The notes under the pieces: model-generated
The model's input: the letters and a program-made list of their open reading frames with translations, nothing else
What the model was told of the DNA's origin: nothing
The model's database searches: none
Assembly: GCF_009914755.1 (NCBI RefSeq)
Contig: NC_060934.1
Length of the DNA stretch: 64,000 bases
From: the human T2T-CHM13v2.0 reference genome, Homo sapiens
Strand: one strand, 5' to 3'
Part shown: one piece after another, positions 1 through 13,841 of the stretch
How the letters are laid out: every line of letters starts with the position of its first letter
Position numbering within the stretch: the stretch's first letter is position 1
Translations under genes and position numbers: made by a program

Positions 1-269
1 TTTCTTCACCTAGAGAAGATATATTTTTCCTTACAGTGTGGTGTCACTAAGGGCATAACTTGAATTTTAGGAGGAAACTATTTTAAATATTTCGTAGAAA
101 GTTTCCTCCTAAAAAAGTCACCCATCAGCCTCCAGGGGTATGATCAATAAACTGCATTTATTTAAAATGATGCTAAGAGGATAGCAGTGACATAAAGGCA
201 AAGCTTAGATTAACAGTATTTTGCTAAGATCAGTATTGATTCATTTTAGGATGGTGATGCCAGAGTAAC

Positions 270-410
270 ATTAGAGATGATCTAATCCAACTTTCTCATT
301 TTATAGATACGAAACTGAAAACCAGAGATATAAGAAAACTTTGCATTTGACTTGGCAATTCAAACTCTAGTCTTTGTCTACGAGCTCAAAATCTCTTTCC
401 ATAATGTTAT
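270..410 (-). mobile_element. MIR (MIR3/MIRc-like) SINE relic
   Basis: agagatgatctaatccaac..cattttatagatacgaaactga matches the reverse-complement MIR core. Confidence 0.6.
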
Positions 411-722
411 GCCAACCCTACCATTCTAGAGGAATGATTCATTAATCACACAGAAAGGTTCAGCTCAGCTACCACTTTATACAGTGAAATACTCAATTCC
501 TTCTCTCATCACTTCCCACGTACATCACCTAAATCACATTGTTGCTGATATAGCCAAACTCTTGAGGCTCTGCTTTACTAATCCATATTCCGTTCCTTAT
601 TTAGAAAACGAATCTATTATTAGAAAGTAAGTTTATTGTTTGCCAAGCAGAATTAAATATCCATCACAGTTATCTTAAAAAAGAGCTTTTATCTATACAT
701 TCAAATCATTTTGATTATTTGA

Positions 723-1045
<323 letters not shown>

Positions 1046-1244
1046 CCATTTATCATATTCTGATGGCCACTGGTAATGGCAATAACTAACACACAGTGGA
1101 GAAAACTAAACCTTGCTGACTCCATTCTAAATGCTTTATATGGATTATCTCATTTAGTTATGCCAATAGCATATTAGACAGATACTATCGTAGGAAAAAT
1201 ATGGAAAGTGAGTGAATTCATAGAAAACACCCAGGTAGACCTGG

Positions 1245-1426
1245 GATCCTAATTCAGGTATGTTGTGGGTGGCTGGCCCGTGTATTATAGAATGTTGGGC
1301 ACCATTCCTGGCCTTTACACACAAGATGTGAGGTAGCGCCCCCACACCAATTATGACATAGAAAATCATCTCCGGCATTGCCAGATGTACCCTAGGGATT
1401 AAAATTATCCAGGTTGAGAACTACTG
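1245..1426 (-). mobile_element. MER20 hAT-Charlie DNA transposon
   Basis: tgttgtgggtggctgg..cattgccagatgtaccctagg..ggttgagaactactg matches reverse-complement MER20 including its terminal inverted repeat (TIR). Confidence 0.8.
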
Positions 1427-1549
1427 CAGTAGGCGGGTAGCCTAGTCTGACTTTTTTTTTTCTCTGCAGAATCAAGACAAAGATTTGCTTCTGTATGTAA
1501 TAAAGGGAAACAACAATGTCCCCAGAAAGCAAAATTTTACAGAGAGACA

Positions 1550-1870
1550 ATGGCACATGATGGAAATGGCATTGGAGTTGCCACTAAAATGTTTGTTCTT
1601 AAGGCCTAGTTCTATTACCTAATGACTATGTGGCCTTGAATAAATCACTTCTCTGAGCTTCAGTTTTCATCTTCCAAACAGGTGTTTCTTAACCAGAAAG
1701 AACTTTTGCAATTCAAATCGTGGAGGTTTTACGAGCATGAGCTTTGAAGAGCTAGATTTGAATCTTTCATCAGGTTCTTTCTGTCCCATGACTTCAGACA
1801 AAATTCTTTACATCTCCTCACCTCCTTATTCTCATCTGTGTGCGGGAGAGAATGACACCTCTTCTACGGG
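1550..1870 (+). mobile_element. Two MIR fragments
   Basis: tgtggccttgaataaatcacttctctgagcttcagtttt and a second degenerate core at ~1735-1870. Confidence 0.55.
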
Positions 1871-2094
1871 CTCTCTCTATCTTCATTCTCCAACTGCCCA
1901 CTCAATATCTCTACCTCAGGTCCTGAGCTTCAAACTCATTTCTGGTTACATAAAGATCCTTCACTCATCCAGATACTTTTTTAAGTAGTCCTTAACCCAG
2001 CTCACTCTTCCTTAGCTCCTAATTCCAACTAATTGCAATGTTTTGTCTACTCTACTCTCAATTAGTTCTCTATGCTGTAGTCCTATGACCATGG

Positions 2095-2545
2095 AAACTT
2101 TGGCTCCCCATTGTTATTGGGATGAAAACCAAACTCCTTATCATGACCTATAAAATGTACACATTATATACATGTAAAATGCATACACTACACATTTATT
2201 AATACAGAAATCCAGCCTCAAACTTGTTTTCCAGCTTCATGTGCCATGGTGCCCTTCCCCTCTCCCACTCAATTTTTACTCAGCCACACTGAATTTCTCT
2301 CTGCTCTCAGACCTCATTAAGCTTTTCATACTTCTTCAGCTTTTAGCAATCTATTTCCTGCCTGAAATGCTACCCTCTTCACCTTACTAGCTCCCACCCA
2401 CCTTTTAAGGTTCAGTTTATACATTACTCCTCCAAGAATGTAACCTTAAACCATCCCAGTCAGATTTCTTCATTCTTCCACATTGTTTGTGCATTTTCCC
2501 ATAGTATTTTGGGGTATCTTTAGAATGGCTTTTATCACAATATTT
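2095..2545 (+). mobile_element. L2 LINE 3' region
   Basis: Pyrimidine-rich L2-type sequence (ggctccccattg..aaactccttatcatgacctataa; cagccacactg; gcctgaaatgct). Confidence 0.6.
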
Positions 2546-2611
2546 TGCCCCTCCTTAATTCCACTTTAATCTCCCCTACTTCATCTTTCCACGATATATA
2601 TAAAGATTATT

Positions 2612-3185
2612 ACAATGTAAAGTTCCAGTGGCTTTCCTAGAATCCATTTCCCCATTTTGAAAAGCACCATGATTTTCTTTCAGATATCCACCTCTCCTGC
2701 ACACAGCTTCAGGGAAAGCTAACTCCAGCTGCATTTCTGCTGGCAGTACAAAACGTGTAAAGGTAATCAAATTCTTCATGACATGGATTCGTTGGGTAAT
2801 CTAGGCCTAAGCTGACTAGAACAGGACACTCCCTGGTTATAGCCACAAGGGGAAGGATGTTTGCTGGGAAAGGTGTTTCCTCACCCTTGAGAGAAATTCC
2901 GGAAGAAATATGCTCACTCTTCCTCTGGACATTGCCATGTATGCACATATGGCCTTGCATGGTCCTCTTCCTCTTCCTGCCACCTTTATGTATGAACTGT
3001 GGTATGGAGGAGGGCAGAGTTGAGAACATTGTAGAGAAATGGATCTTGATCCCTGGTTAAACAATTCCTGACCTCCAGTCTGCCTTGGGACTTTTTAGTT
3101 ACATAGCAAATAAATCCTCTGTAATGTTTCAGCCTGTGTGGGTTAAGTTTACTGTAACTCCAGGCCAAGTGCATCCTACAACTCT
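2612..3185 (+). mobile_element. Old ERVL LTR (LTR16/LTR33-like)
   Basis: 3' end ggactttttagttacatagcaaataaatcc..tgtttcagcc..actgtaactccaggccaagtgcatccta resembles the LTR16-family terminus. Confidence 0.55.
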
Positions 3186-3332
3186 AACATATCTCAACTG
3201 CAGCACTAGGTTTCACATCTGTCCCATTGCTAGTGCCAAAAAAGTGCTCCAATAAATGGCTAAATCAGGAGTTACTATTCCACGATTTAAGTCATTTAAA
3301 TCTCAAACTGGATCTTATGGTTTTTTATTGCA

Positions 3333-3820
3333 ATATTAGTTTACTGTTATTGTTATAACAAATTACTACAAACTTATTGGCTTAAAAATACACATTCATT
3401 TTCTTACCATTCTAGAGAACGGAAGCCTGAAATCAGTTTAACAGGGCTAAAGTCAAGTTGTCAACAGGACTGATCCCTACTGGAGATTTCAGAGAAGAAT
3501 TGGTTTCCTTGCTTTTTCCAGCTTCTGGGGGCTGCCTCCATTCCTTGGCTAATAACTCCTCTATCGAATCACTTTAACCTCGTTTCTGTTGTCACATCTC
3601 CTACTTCCCTTTCTGTAGTCAAATCACCCTCTGACTCATGTATAAAGACACTTAATGATTACATTTAGAACCTGCCCAGATAATCAGGATAATCATCCCT
3701 TCTCAAAATCCTTAACTCAGTCACATCTGCAAAGTCGCCTTTGCCATGTAAGTCATGGTTCACAGGTTCCCAAGACTAGGGCCTAGATTTCATTAGAGGT
3801 CACTATTTAGCCTGCCACTA
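3333..3820 (-). mobile_element. MLT1 MaLR LTR (MLT1C-like)
   Basis: taacaaattactacaaactta..ggcttaaa..; gataatcaggataatc..tcacatctgcaaagtc..ttgccatgtaa. Confidence 0.85.
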
Positions 3821-5049
3821 TTGCCTAACTTAAATCATAAAATTAATAAAAATCAGGCATCTTAAGAGCTTAAAAATATCTGATAGATAACTTCTAATAT
3901 CTTTATTTTAAAGATGTAGAGGCCAAGACCCAATGAGGTGACTTATTCAAAGTCACATAAAAGTAACTAGAAATAAGACCTTCTGGGTCTAAGATATGTA
4001 CCCTTGCAAGTCTGCCATGTTCCTATTGCAATTTAATGTGTAATCTGTAATACATGTTATCGTAAAAAATTTATTGTTTAAACATAAGAAGGTTACAGAA
4101 ACTTGCCAAAATAAGCCAAAAAAAAAAATCTCAAATCTCAAAATAGTTTAAATCATTCCTAACCTCCCCAGAAGTCTGACTCAGACTAGCTTCTGGGTTG
4201 CTTTGTATTTTTATACTGATAATCTCTCCAGTAATGTTGCATACATTTTCTAGTTTTCACCAACTCAGTCAGTAACAGCCTGAGAATCCCATTACACAAC
4301 ACACTGAATAGGGCCAAAGTAATTTCATCATCCTATATTCTTCCTGTTTTGTTTATTTCCGCTTGAATGTCCATGGGCCATAATGATGTTCCCCACTGCA
4401 GTAAATCTGTTTTCAATGGACTGAGCCACTCTAGATCCTTTAGCTGCTTCAAAGTACACCATCTTTTCAAACATACTGATCTACCACCACCGCACGTCTT
4501 TTGAAAAATTTTGTTGAGAATGCCTGGTAAACAGGGCTGTGATTTTCTCCATAATTACACCATTAGACTTCATTTTCTACAAATATATAGTCTTGTAGCA
4601 AATCATTTGTGCCATATTTAAGCTTGAGTCAGCATCAAGGTATGTGATGGGTGATGTTTTTCATCTCAAAAATGAATAAGCTGTTTTCCTCAATTATGTT
4701 CTGAGCTTGTTATATGCTGTTTTAAACTAGTATCATCAGAGAGTTTCTCTTAGTAGCTACTGGCTAGTCAAAATGCATAGTTCATCAAATTATTTGAAAA
4801 TAAATCAATATGAGCTAGGCAGATGTTATTATTCTGACAAGTCAGTTTTTCCTTATATTAACTTCCAAAAGTATTCTATGACAAGAAAAACTTTTCTCAT
4901 CTTGATTAACCATCCCTGACGGATCTATAAAACAATTTGCATGGAAAATGTTCAGCAAAATTTTCATGATAGAAGCCAAATTCACTGTTTTTTCTTCCTA
5001 CAGATATGGAGGCAGCAAAAATGGTAATAGAAACAGATAATTTCTTAAA

Positions 5050-5204
5050 AGCCTAGTGCCTACTGTGACCACTGTAGGGGCAATCAAACTCATCATTATA
5101 TTTAACCCTCACAATATTCCTGTAGAGTGAATGTCATTATTTCCATCTGATGGAAGAGACAACTCAGGCTTCTTAGACTTCTGGAACTAGCCCATGGTCA
5201 TAGT
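5050..5204 (-). mobile_element. MIR, interrupted by the MLT1 that follows
   Basis: tttaaccctcacaatattcctgtag..gcccatggtcatag; MIR-like gctagtaacag resumes at ~5640. Confidence 0.5.
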
Positions 5205-5632
5205 ACCAGTTACCTATTTATATGTAATCAGTAATCTCTAAACCTAGTGGGTTAAAACAATCGTTTTTCACTTTTCACAGTTCTGTGGGTTGGCTGGCTG
5301 GTTTTTCTGCTGTTTCTCCAGGTACCCTAACATGGCTAAATGCTGCTGGAGGATTGGCTGAGAGCAAGGCTCAGCTGGGACAGCTGAGTTGGCTGGATAT
5401 CGCTCTCTTTAGGGTCTTTCAATCTCAAAGAGGCAAGCTCAGGCTGCACTTCCTCACAGGGTGAAGGCAGGACAAGCCCCAATACACATGCACTCATCAA
5501 TCTCTGTTTGAGTCACATTTTGCCAATGTCTCATTGACCTAAGCAAAATTCAGTGCACAGAAGAAGTTCCACCAGTGTGAGGATCCTAGGAGCTGTGATT
5601 CATCAGGTGCATTCGCTGAACAAGGACCCACA
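5205..5632 (-). mobile_element. MLT1 MaLR LTR (MLT1H/G-like)
   Basis: cctagtgggttaaaacaa..cacagttctgtgggttggctgg..ttgccaatgtctcattgacc..cccaca. Confidence 0.65.
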
Positions 5633-5723
5633 AGTGCAAGCTAGTAACAGAAAGAACTAACATTCTGGAGCCCTTTCCAGAAGTATGTGAATATAAAAGT
5701 GATTTATTAAATGATAACTTCAG

Positions 5724-6027
5724 GGATGGGCGCAGTGGCTGACGCCTGTAATCCCAGCACTTTGGGAGGCCGAGGCGGGTGGATCATGAGGTCAGGAGAT
5801 CGAGACCATCCTGGCTAACATGGTGAAACCCCGTCTCTACTAAAAATACAAAAAAAAATTAGCCGGGCGTGGTGGCGGGTGCCTGTAGTTCCAGCTACTC
5901 GGGAGGCTGAGGCAGGAGAATGGTGTCAACCTGGGAGACGGAGCTTGCAGTGAGTCAAGATCTGGCCACTGCACTCCAGCCTGGGCGACAGAGCGAGACT
6001 CCATCTCAAAAGAAAAAAAAAAAAAAA
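5724..6027 (+). mobile_element. AluY, full length
   Basis: gatcgagaccatcctggctaaca and ggagaatggtgt..gagcttgcagtgag are Y diagnostics; poly(A) tail; degenerate TSD. Confidence 0.93.
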
Positions 6028-7242
6028 GACAATTTCAGAATATACTGATGGTGTTACAATGAACAATATTAGGCTCTCTTCAAATAGAAAGAATGAAGCT
6101 TTCTCTTTGATGATCTTCAGAGCACAGGCAAATATGAGGGAAGTTTGAACTTATAATTTTACTGCCTCCTTGGTTTCAGCAGAACATTTTTTTTCTATTA
6201 GGCACACTTCCCAGCAAAAATGATGAAGTTCTGAGAAACTTGGGCTTGCCTTTCTTTCATAGGGGAGCTTTGAGTCTGTGTCTCCAACTGGCCAGCCACA
6301 TTCATATGTTCTGAATAGCTCAGTGACTAAGCTAGAGCTGTTCTGTATTAAATTATCCTCTCAGATACTCCTTGCCAGGCCTCAATCTCTTCTGAAACTC
6401 ATAAAACCATAATACATCATCTGCCTTCAAGTCCCATTAGATACTGACTTGGGAGAGGTAAACAACATTTTGTTCGATCTTGCCTTTCCCAGCAGGAACT
6501 ACTTGAGTATGCCAAACCCTCCTTACTCTTGTCTGCTGCAAAGTCAGGTCAAGGAGAAGCCACGTGCTCTACATTTGGGCCTACCAGTTTCAGGAGAAAT
6601 GACAGCATTCACATGGGAAAGCAGGACACTTCAGTGAGCCCTTCACTGGGGAGGAGAGAAGGGAAAAGCATGGAGAAGACCCCTGGAATGATACACTTCA
6701 TCATGGAGTTCTGCAGCTAGAAGAAACCTAGGAGATCATCTAGTCTAAATATGCTAAATAAATTTAATCTCAAGTACCAATTTCTTTTTGCTCTAAAACT
6801 GTGTTGAGAAGATTTGAAGAAGTAGGTATCCAGGATCAATTTGCAATATATAGACATGAAACTGGAGATTCATGTCTATGTGCTAAGCATTCACCATCTC
6901 TAATTAATCTAATTCTCTAATCTTATAGAGAAGAAAATGTATTAAAAAGAGAAGTGGCTGGTTCAAGTAAGTACTCAAAGTCAGTAAGTGACAGAGATTG
7001 AAAAAATGGTAGATAACTCACTTGGTTTCCCGATTTGCAACCCTTTCTGTACCACAGCTATATTACCTACCAGCAATGAGGGTTTTGGCTTCCTCTCTCC
7101 TGGCCAGTATTCTCCAAAATGTCTCTGTATGAGATTGTTGGGGTTTTTCACCATCTTGCTTTCCCTTTCTCAAGTCAATTTTAAAATTGCTCAGCCCTTC
7201 CATTTTCCCTCTTTTTTTTATTTGTTAGCAATTTATTTGTAA

Positions 7243-7688
7243 TTTTTTTATTATACTTTAAGTTTTAGGGTACATGTGCACAATGTGCAGGTTTGTTACA
7301 TATGTATACATGTGCCATGCTGGTGTGCTGCACCCATTAACTCATCATTTACATTAGGTATATCTCCTAATGCTATCCCTCCCCCCTCCCCCCACCCCAC
7401 GACAGGCCCCGGTGTGTGATGTTCCCCACCCTGTGTCCAAGTGTTCTCATTGTTCAATTCCCACCTATGAGTGAGAACATGTGGTGTTTGGTTTTTTGTC
7501 CTTGCGATAGTTTGCTGAGAATGATGGTTTCCAGCTTCATCCATGTCCCTGCAAAGGACATGAACTCATCATTTTTTATGGCTGCATAGTATTCCATGGT
7601 GTATATGTGCCACATTTTCTTAATCCAGTCTATCATTGTTGGACACTTGGGTTGGTTCCAAGTCTTTGCTATTGTGAATAGTGCTGCA
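7243..7688 (-). mobile_element. L1PA (about PA3-PA5) 3' end: ORF2 C-terminus, 3'UTR and poly(A)
   Basis: Near-consensus L1 3'UTR (ttatactttaagttttagggtacatgtgcac); ORF 7454-7636 WIKKMWHIYTMEYYAAIKNDEFMSF is the L1 ORF2p C-terminus. Confidence 0.95.
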
Positions 7689-7883
7689 GAGGATGTGGAG
7701 AAATAGGAACACTTTTACACTGTTGGTGGGACTATAAACTAGTTCAATCATTGTGGAAGTCAGTGTGGCGATTCCTCAGGGATCTAGAACTAGAAATACC
7801 ATTTGACCCAGCCATCCCATTACTGGGTATATACCCAAAGGATTATAAATCATGCTGCTATAAAGACACCTGCACATGTATGT
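7689..7883 (+). mobile_element. Inverted 5' segment of the same L1PA insertion
   Basis: gaggatgtggagaaataggaacac..tgcacatgtatgt is the L1 ORF2 sequence just upstream of the minus segment, in opposite orientation. Confidence 0.93.
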
Positions 7884-8644
7884 GACCCAGGCCACCATCA
7901 GCAGAAAGTGGTAAAAGGTCAGAGTGGAAGATTTGGGTTCTACTCCTGGCTTCACCCTTACGTACCTGTGAGGCTCTGCTTCTACCTTAGCTTCCTTGGC
8001 TATAAAATGAAGAAGTTAGACTGGATGACTACAGAAAAGAAGAAACACTATAGAAGTTTGTTCACTTATAAATGTTCAGTTTATAAACTCTGAACAAAGC
8101 TACATTCCAGAGAAAAGAACACAGTCCTGTTCACCAATAGCTGATGGGAACAATCAAGATCATCTTGGCCACCACAGTGATCTTTTGTTAAGGCACATTT
8201 GCTGTGATTATCTTAAGCTTTGGAGTCTTTTATGAATATTCTTTATTTCCTTATATCTCAGTTGAAAGTGCTTATAAGATATATACTAGAATCATGGCAG
8301 CAAATACTTCTGGAGGGGGATTTGGAAGGGAAGGAGGAATAAATGGTGGAAACATCAAGCTGATATGTAATAATTCCTTTCCCTCTCTCCCTTACCCCCA
8401 ACGTTTTAACCTGTATTCAATATACAAGCTTTGTTAGAGTTAGTCATCATTTTTCTCTACTGTTCTATTTGAAATGGTTCATATGAAAGGTAAAATAATG
8501 CTTAAAGGAAATGTTTAGATGATATTAAAAACGATGCTGACAAAGGTGACAATGATCAAAACTATGACATATTGAGAAGGGTGTGAGCATGGTGATGCAT
8601 CAGTAGGGAGGAGACATGATTTTCAAAGTGAAGAGAAATCCATG

Positions 8645-9395
<751 letters not shown>

Positions 9396-9979
9396 GAATG
9401 TGTAAGAGCATTATCAATATCTAAGGTCTGATGTCAGTTTAAGAGAGAGCTAGGAGTTTGTGTGATAATTTAAAGTCAAAGCCCAGGGAAAGGGCTCTGG
9501 ATGAAACTTGTTCCAAGTTATAGGTGATTCCCCAAGCTCACGGGCTTTTTGAAACTGCACAACATCAAGAAGCAGGGATGGTGACAAGTACACACATCAC
9601 TGCTGCTAAGGAGTCACACTTCCCACTTCCGAAGGGCATCAGGTTACAGGAGAGAGACCCCCATCAATGTACATGGATTCTTCTATTTTGCAAAAAGAAT
9701 GCTTATCATAATATCTATCAGCAGGAAAGAGAAAATAATTTCTACTTTTCAAGTTCCAGAGGGCTGATTCAGACTCATATTTGGAGGTGATGCCTCTGGA
9801 GATTGCAAAGTCAGACTCCTCTTAATCACTTTGAACATACAAGAAAGTAAATACGAATGAAACTTTTAGAAATAAAAAAAAATTGAAGAGCTTCTATAGT
9901 TTAAAAGACTATTAGATATGAAAGGAAGCATTTGAGATCAGAGAAGTATAGAATATAGAGTTGAAGAAGCAAAAATAAT

Positions 9980-10200
9980 CAGTAATAACCAATATTTATC
10001 AAATACTGTGTGCAAGGCCCTAGCAAATATTAATTTAATTTTCACAACAATTAGTATATTGAGTATACTGGAGAGTATAATTCTGCTCCCATTTTATGAA
10101 TAAGGACATGGATTCACTGTGACTAAGAAAATAAGCCCAGTCACAACAGCTGGTAAAGGGCAGTAACAGAGTATTAACCTGGAAGTCTGCTTCCAAACAA
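9980..10200 (-). mobile_element. MIR
   Basis: ccccattttatgaataaggac..cagctggtaaagggcag..gtctgcttccaaa. Confidence 0.6.
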
Positions 10201-10289
10201 TTATCTAGTACTAAGCTCCACAGAGAGAAGCTGTGCTTTCCCCAAGAGGCTCTTCATTTATTCTTTGACACATTAATTGATGCATCCAT

Positions 10290-10480
10290 TGATGCATTCA
10301 TTCATTCAAGAAGCATTTACTCATCATCCCCTACGTGCCAAGTTTCATGCTGGGAGAATAACAACAGAGGGATGGTCCTTACCCTCATGGAGGTTCTATT
10401 CGAAAGGGAAAAGACAGAAAGCCAAAACACTAAGAAAAACAAGGTACAACTTCAGATGATAAAAAGTGCTAAGAAGAAAA
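10290..10480 (-). mobile_element. L2 3' terminus
   Basis: cattcattcattcaagaagcatttact..tacgtgccaag is the reverse complement of the L2 (AATG)n end. Confidence 0.65.
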
Positions 10481-11219
10481 GTGTGTTACATAGTTCAGTT
10501 TTTCTCTCCACTTTACAATATTTTTTTCTATGTTCCTGGGAAAATAACCCATAAGTAGGCCCAGAAAAAATGCCTGTAGCCCCTGGCATTGGATTTTCAG
10601 TGCTTTCCACCCCCACTTCCCTGCATTCTGCCCCTGAGCCAACCACTGGCATATCACAGCTGCACAAGCTTACAATGACTGCAGGAGGCCACAGAGAAAG
10701 CCAAGTGGGAGACTGAATAAATCACCCAGATAATTTGGGCAGAAATACGTCCTGCTGGAGCCTGAATATCTGGCTAAAGTACTTATTTTGACAAATGATT
10801 TTGGTAATTATTCAAGCCTTGGTTTCGTTTTGGAAATTTTCTGTTCTTGAGATAAGGAAAGGACATGCACGTCAGTTTCTCTTATGAATGGGGCCATGGT
10901 ATACATACAAGAAATGGATTTGTCAGTGAGCCTCTAGACTTCGCATGCCCAGGATTAGTTATAATTAAGATAATGTATTCATTCATCCAACCAATATTTA
11001 TCTAGTATCTACTACATGGAAGACACTGTTATGTACCAGATAAAAACAGGAATTAACAAGACTAATTTGCAGGACAAATACAAATAAAGAAGGAATGATG
11101 AAGGAGGGAGTGAGAGAGCAAGAAGAGAGAGAAAGGAGAAGAGAGAGAGAGAATGATTCAAACTTCAGGACAGACAGTACATACACAAAGAAAGAGAGGC
11201 AAGGTGAGGGAGGAATGGT

Positions 11220-11460
11220 ATATCAGGTAAGAATTAAGTTCACTGCTTGAAAAGTGATAAGCTTTAAACAAAATAAAGGTTTAAATTTTTCTCATTAAAT
11301 GAGAAACCCAGAAGAACAAAGCCTAGGGCTATGGTAATCCATAGAGTTATCAGGGTCCCAGAAAGAGTCCTGACTTTCTGTTCTGCCATCACTGAAAAAT
11401 GTCCCTCTTCCTCATGCTAGCAAGATGGCTGCTAGAAATTGGGAGTTCATTGCGCTATCC
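11220..11460 (-). mobile_element. MLT1J/K-like MaLR LTR fragment
   Basis: gctttaaacaaaataaagg..ttctgccatc..cctcatgctagcaagatggctgct. Confidence 0.45.
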
Positions 11461-11773
11461 TCTCTCCTTTCATATGTAGAGAAAGGTGTGTGTGTGTAAA
11501 ATATGTATTTAAAAAGTAAATAAAGGAAAAAAAATCCAGTTTCAGCTTCAACATATAAACACTTGGCAGTCATCATTCCCACCCTTACAATCAGAAATAG
11601 ATAAATAAAGTGAACATTAACTATTTTTCTTTGACATATTAGAGCACTGGATTCACAGAGCAAATTGCCACCCTGAAATCTGGTGAATTCAGAAAGTCTT
11701 AGCTCAGATCTATTTACCCATAATGGAGAGAGGAAGGCAGGGTCATTAAATGGTAAAAACATTTGAATGCTAA

Positions 11774-13841
11774 TGCTATGGGATCCTTGGGGTTGTTGCT
11801 TTTCTGGTCAGAAACCTCTGTTACCAGTGGTACCTTTGCCTGAGTTTTGTTTGGGCCCACTGGACCCACTCGGCCTGGCAGGCTGCGCTTAGCTCACACT
11901 ACCAGTGGATTCCCACACCTCCGAAGAGACTAGAGTGGGTCGGTGAGGGGTATGTGAGTGAGTGAGTGTGGGGTCCAGCCACTGTGCACAGTCAGGCACA
12001 CCAGCTGCTGGCAGCAGGGCAGGCAGCTCCAGTCACTGGCTCTCTGTGAGGCTGCAGCTGGACAGGGTGCACTGCACGTAGCTTCCATGGCTGGCATTGG
12101 GTAGCACCGTGGTGCCTGGAAGCTTGGAGACTCCAGGAACTGCAGGGCTCCAAAGGGGTAGTCACAGCCCTGGATCAAGGAGCTCCAAGGTCTGGGCTCC
12201 TCAAAGTGCCACAGCTCTTTCCTCCTTCTCTTCTTCTCTCTTCTCTCCTCCTTGTCACCCACAACCTGGCAAGCAAGGGGTGTATGTTTCATCCCTGTTT
12301 GTATTACAGCTTTTTTAGCCCTACCATTCAGTGGGTCCTGGGTTATTGTCCTGTGTCCAGGAACAATGAGGTACACAAACAAGCGGAGGGTGACCCAGAC
12401 CAAGCGGAATTTTATTGAGCAATAGAACAGCTCAGGGGAGACCCACAGTGGGCAGCTCCTCTCTGCAACCATGGTGTTCTGATGAGTGTTCAGCTCTCAG
12501 CAGATAAGGTAGCTCCTCTCTGGAGCTGGTCATCCTGTCATCTCTTCAGCTCTTGGCAGAGAGGGTAGCTCTTCTCTGCTAGGCAGCTCATCCCAGTGAG
12601 TGTACAGCTCTCAGCAAAGAGGGTAGTTCCTCTCTACAGCTGGTCATCCCATCATCTCCCCATCCTCTCTCAATCCTCTGCTCAAGTTTGTCTGAGTCTG
12701 GGGTTTTTATGAGCCTCAGACGGGAGGATGTGTGTGCCTATAGGCCCATGAGTGGCCATGGGCAGGCTCAGGGAAAAGCACCACAAGTTCCCCCTCTGGT
12801 CTGTGGGACTGGCAGCCTGGCCGCCAGGCTTCAGACCCTCCCAGCTTGAAGGTGGGGTGTCACTGGGAACCAACACCCTTCTACCCAGGAGCCTATCTGC
12901 TTTCTGCCACTGTTCATGGTGCCCAGGCTGCTTGTGCCAAGGAGCACCCACAGGCCAGCACCGGGCTGTCCTCAGCAACCCCTCAGCTTCCCTCCCATGC
13001 TCCTTGGTGCCCAAAGTCTGGAGGGGGCCAAAATGGCAGGGGCCTGGTGTGTCAGCATTTCCTGGAGCGTGTGCACACCTGGCCAGGCTGCAACAGCACC
13101 TGGCTTGCCCCATTCTTGCTCCAAGATTGGAGTGGGCTGCAGGAGCAGAAAAAGGCCAGGCAGTGGGAGTAAATACCTCTGAGCCTGTGGGGGCAACAGG
13201 GGCCTTCCCAAGCCCCCAAGAGTGCAGAGAGATGACTGGGTCCACATTTGCAGCTGCACCCAGGAGGGCAGGGCTCCTGCCTGCTCCTGACCCCCAAGAG
13301 CACAGGGAGGCCCAGGTCCACAGCAGTGACTTGGGCAGCTGCAGTCATGCCCAAGAGGGTGGGGCTGCTGCTTGCTACTGGCTTTCACCTGTTCCATGGA
13401 GCACAGCACCACTCCAGGCCCAGCTCCACCTTGGGGCCCCTCTCTGATCACTCCTTCATGCCTGATTGCACAGCTTCCCTGCTGGCAGTTTACTCGGCCC
13501 AGACCCATCACAGTGGCCCCGAGGGCAGAGGGGTCTGGGGACTGTCCACTTCTTCCCCATGCCCTCCCTACAGCTGCAGCAGGTGAGAGCTGCAGTGTGG
13601 GGCCGGGGTCTGGAGCAGCAGAGGCTCAGGCCTGGGAACAGATCCTGCCCAGCCACTCAAGGGTAGGGGGCAGCACAGTTTGCTGCCTCAGGGACACAGG
13701 GTACAGGGGGCATGGGGCACAGGGGTCTCACTGCTGCCACTGCAACTCCCGTGGCCATTCCTGCTGCCACTCCTGCCCCCAGCCCCTGCTGCGACAGGCA
13801 CAAAGGCAGCGGCCACTCTGGATGGCCCACAGCTGCCATCA
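11774..13841 (-). mobile_element. MER52 (probably MER52D) ERV1 solo LTR
   Basis: Minus strand begins TGATGGCAGCTGTGGGCCATCCAGAGTGGCCGCTGCC and ends CCCATAGCA; GC-rich; internal ~58-bp repeats at 12460-12660; 4-bp flanks ctaa/gtaa. Confidence 0.85.

Noticed and set aside
2576-3174. Cluster of short ORFs suggesting a processed pseudogene
   Set aside because: The region resembles an old ERVL LTR and I recognise no protein similarity.
7377-7400. G-quadruplex-prone tract on the minus strand
   Set aside because: Standard L1 3'UTR polypurine tract; already well known.
12460-12660. ~58-bp tandem repeats superficially like an array
   Set aside because: An intrinsic feature of MER52 LTRs; no unique spacers, so not CRISPR.
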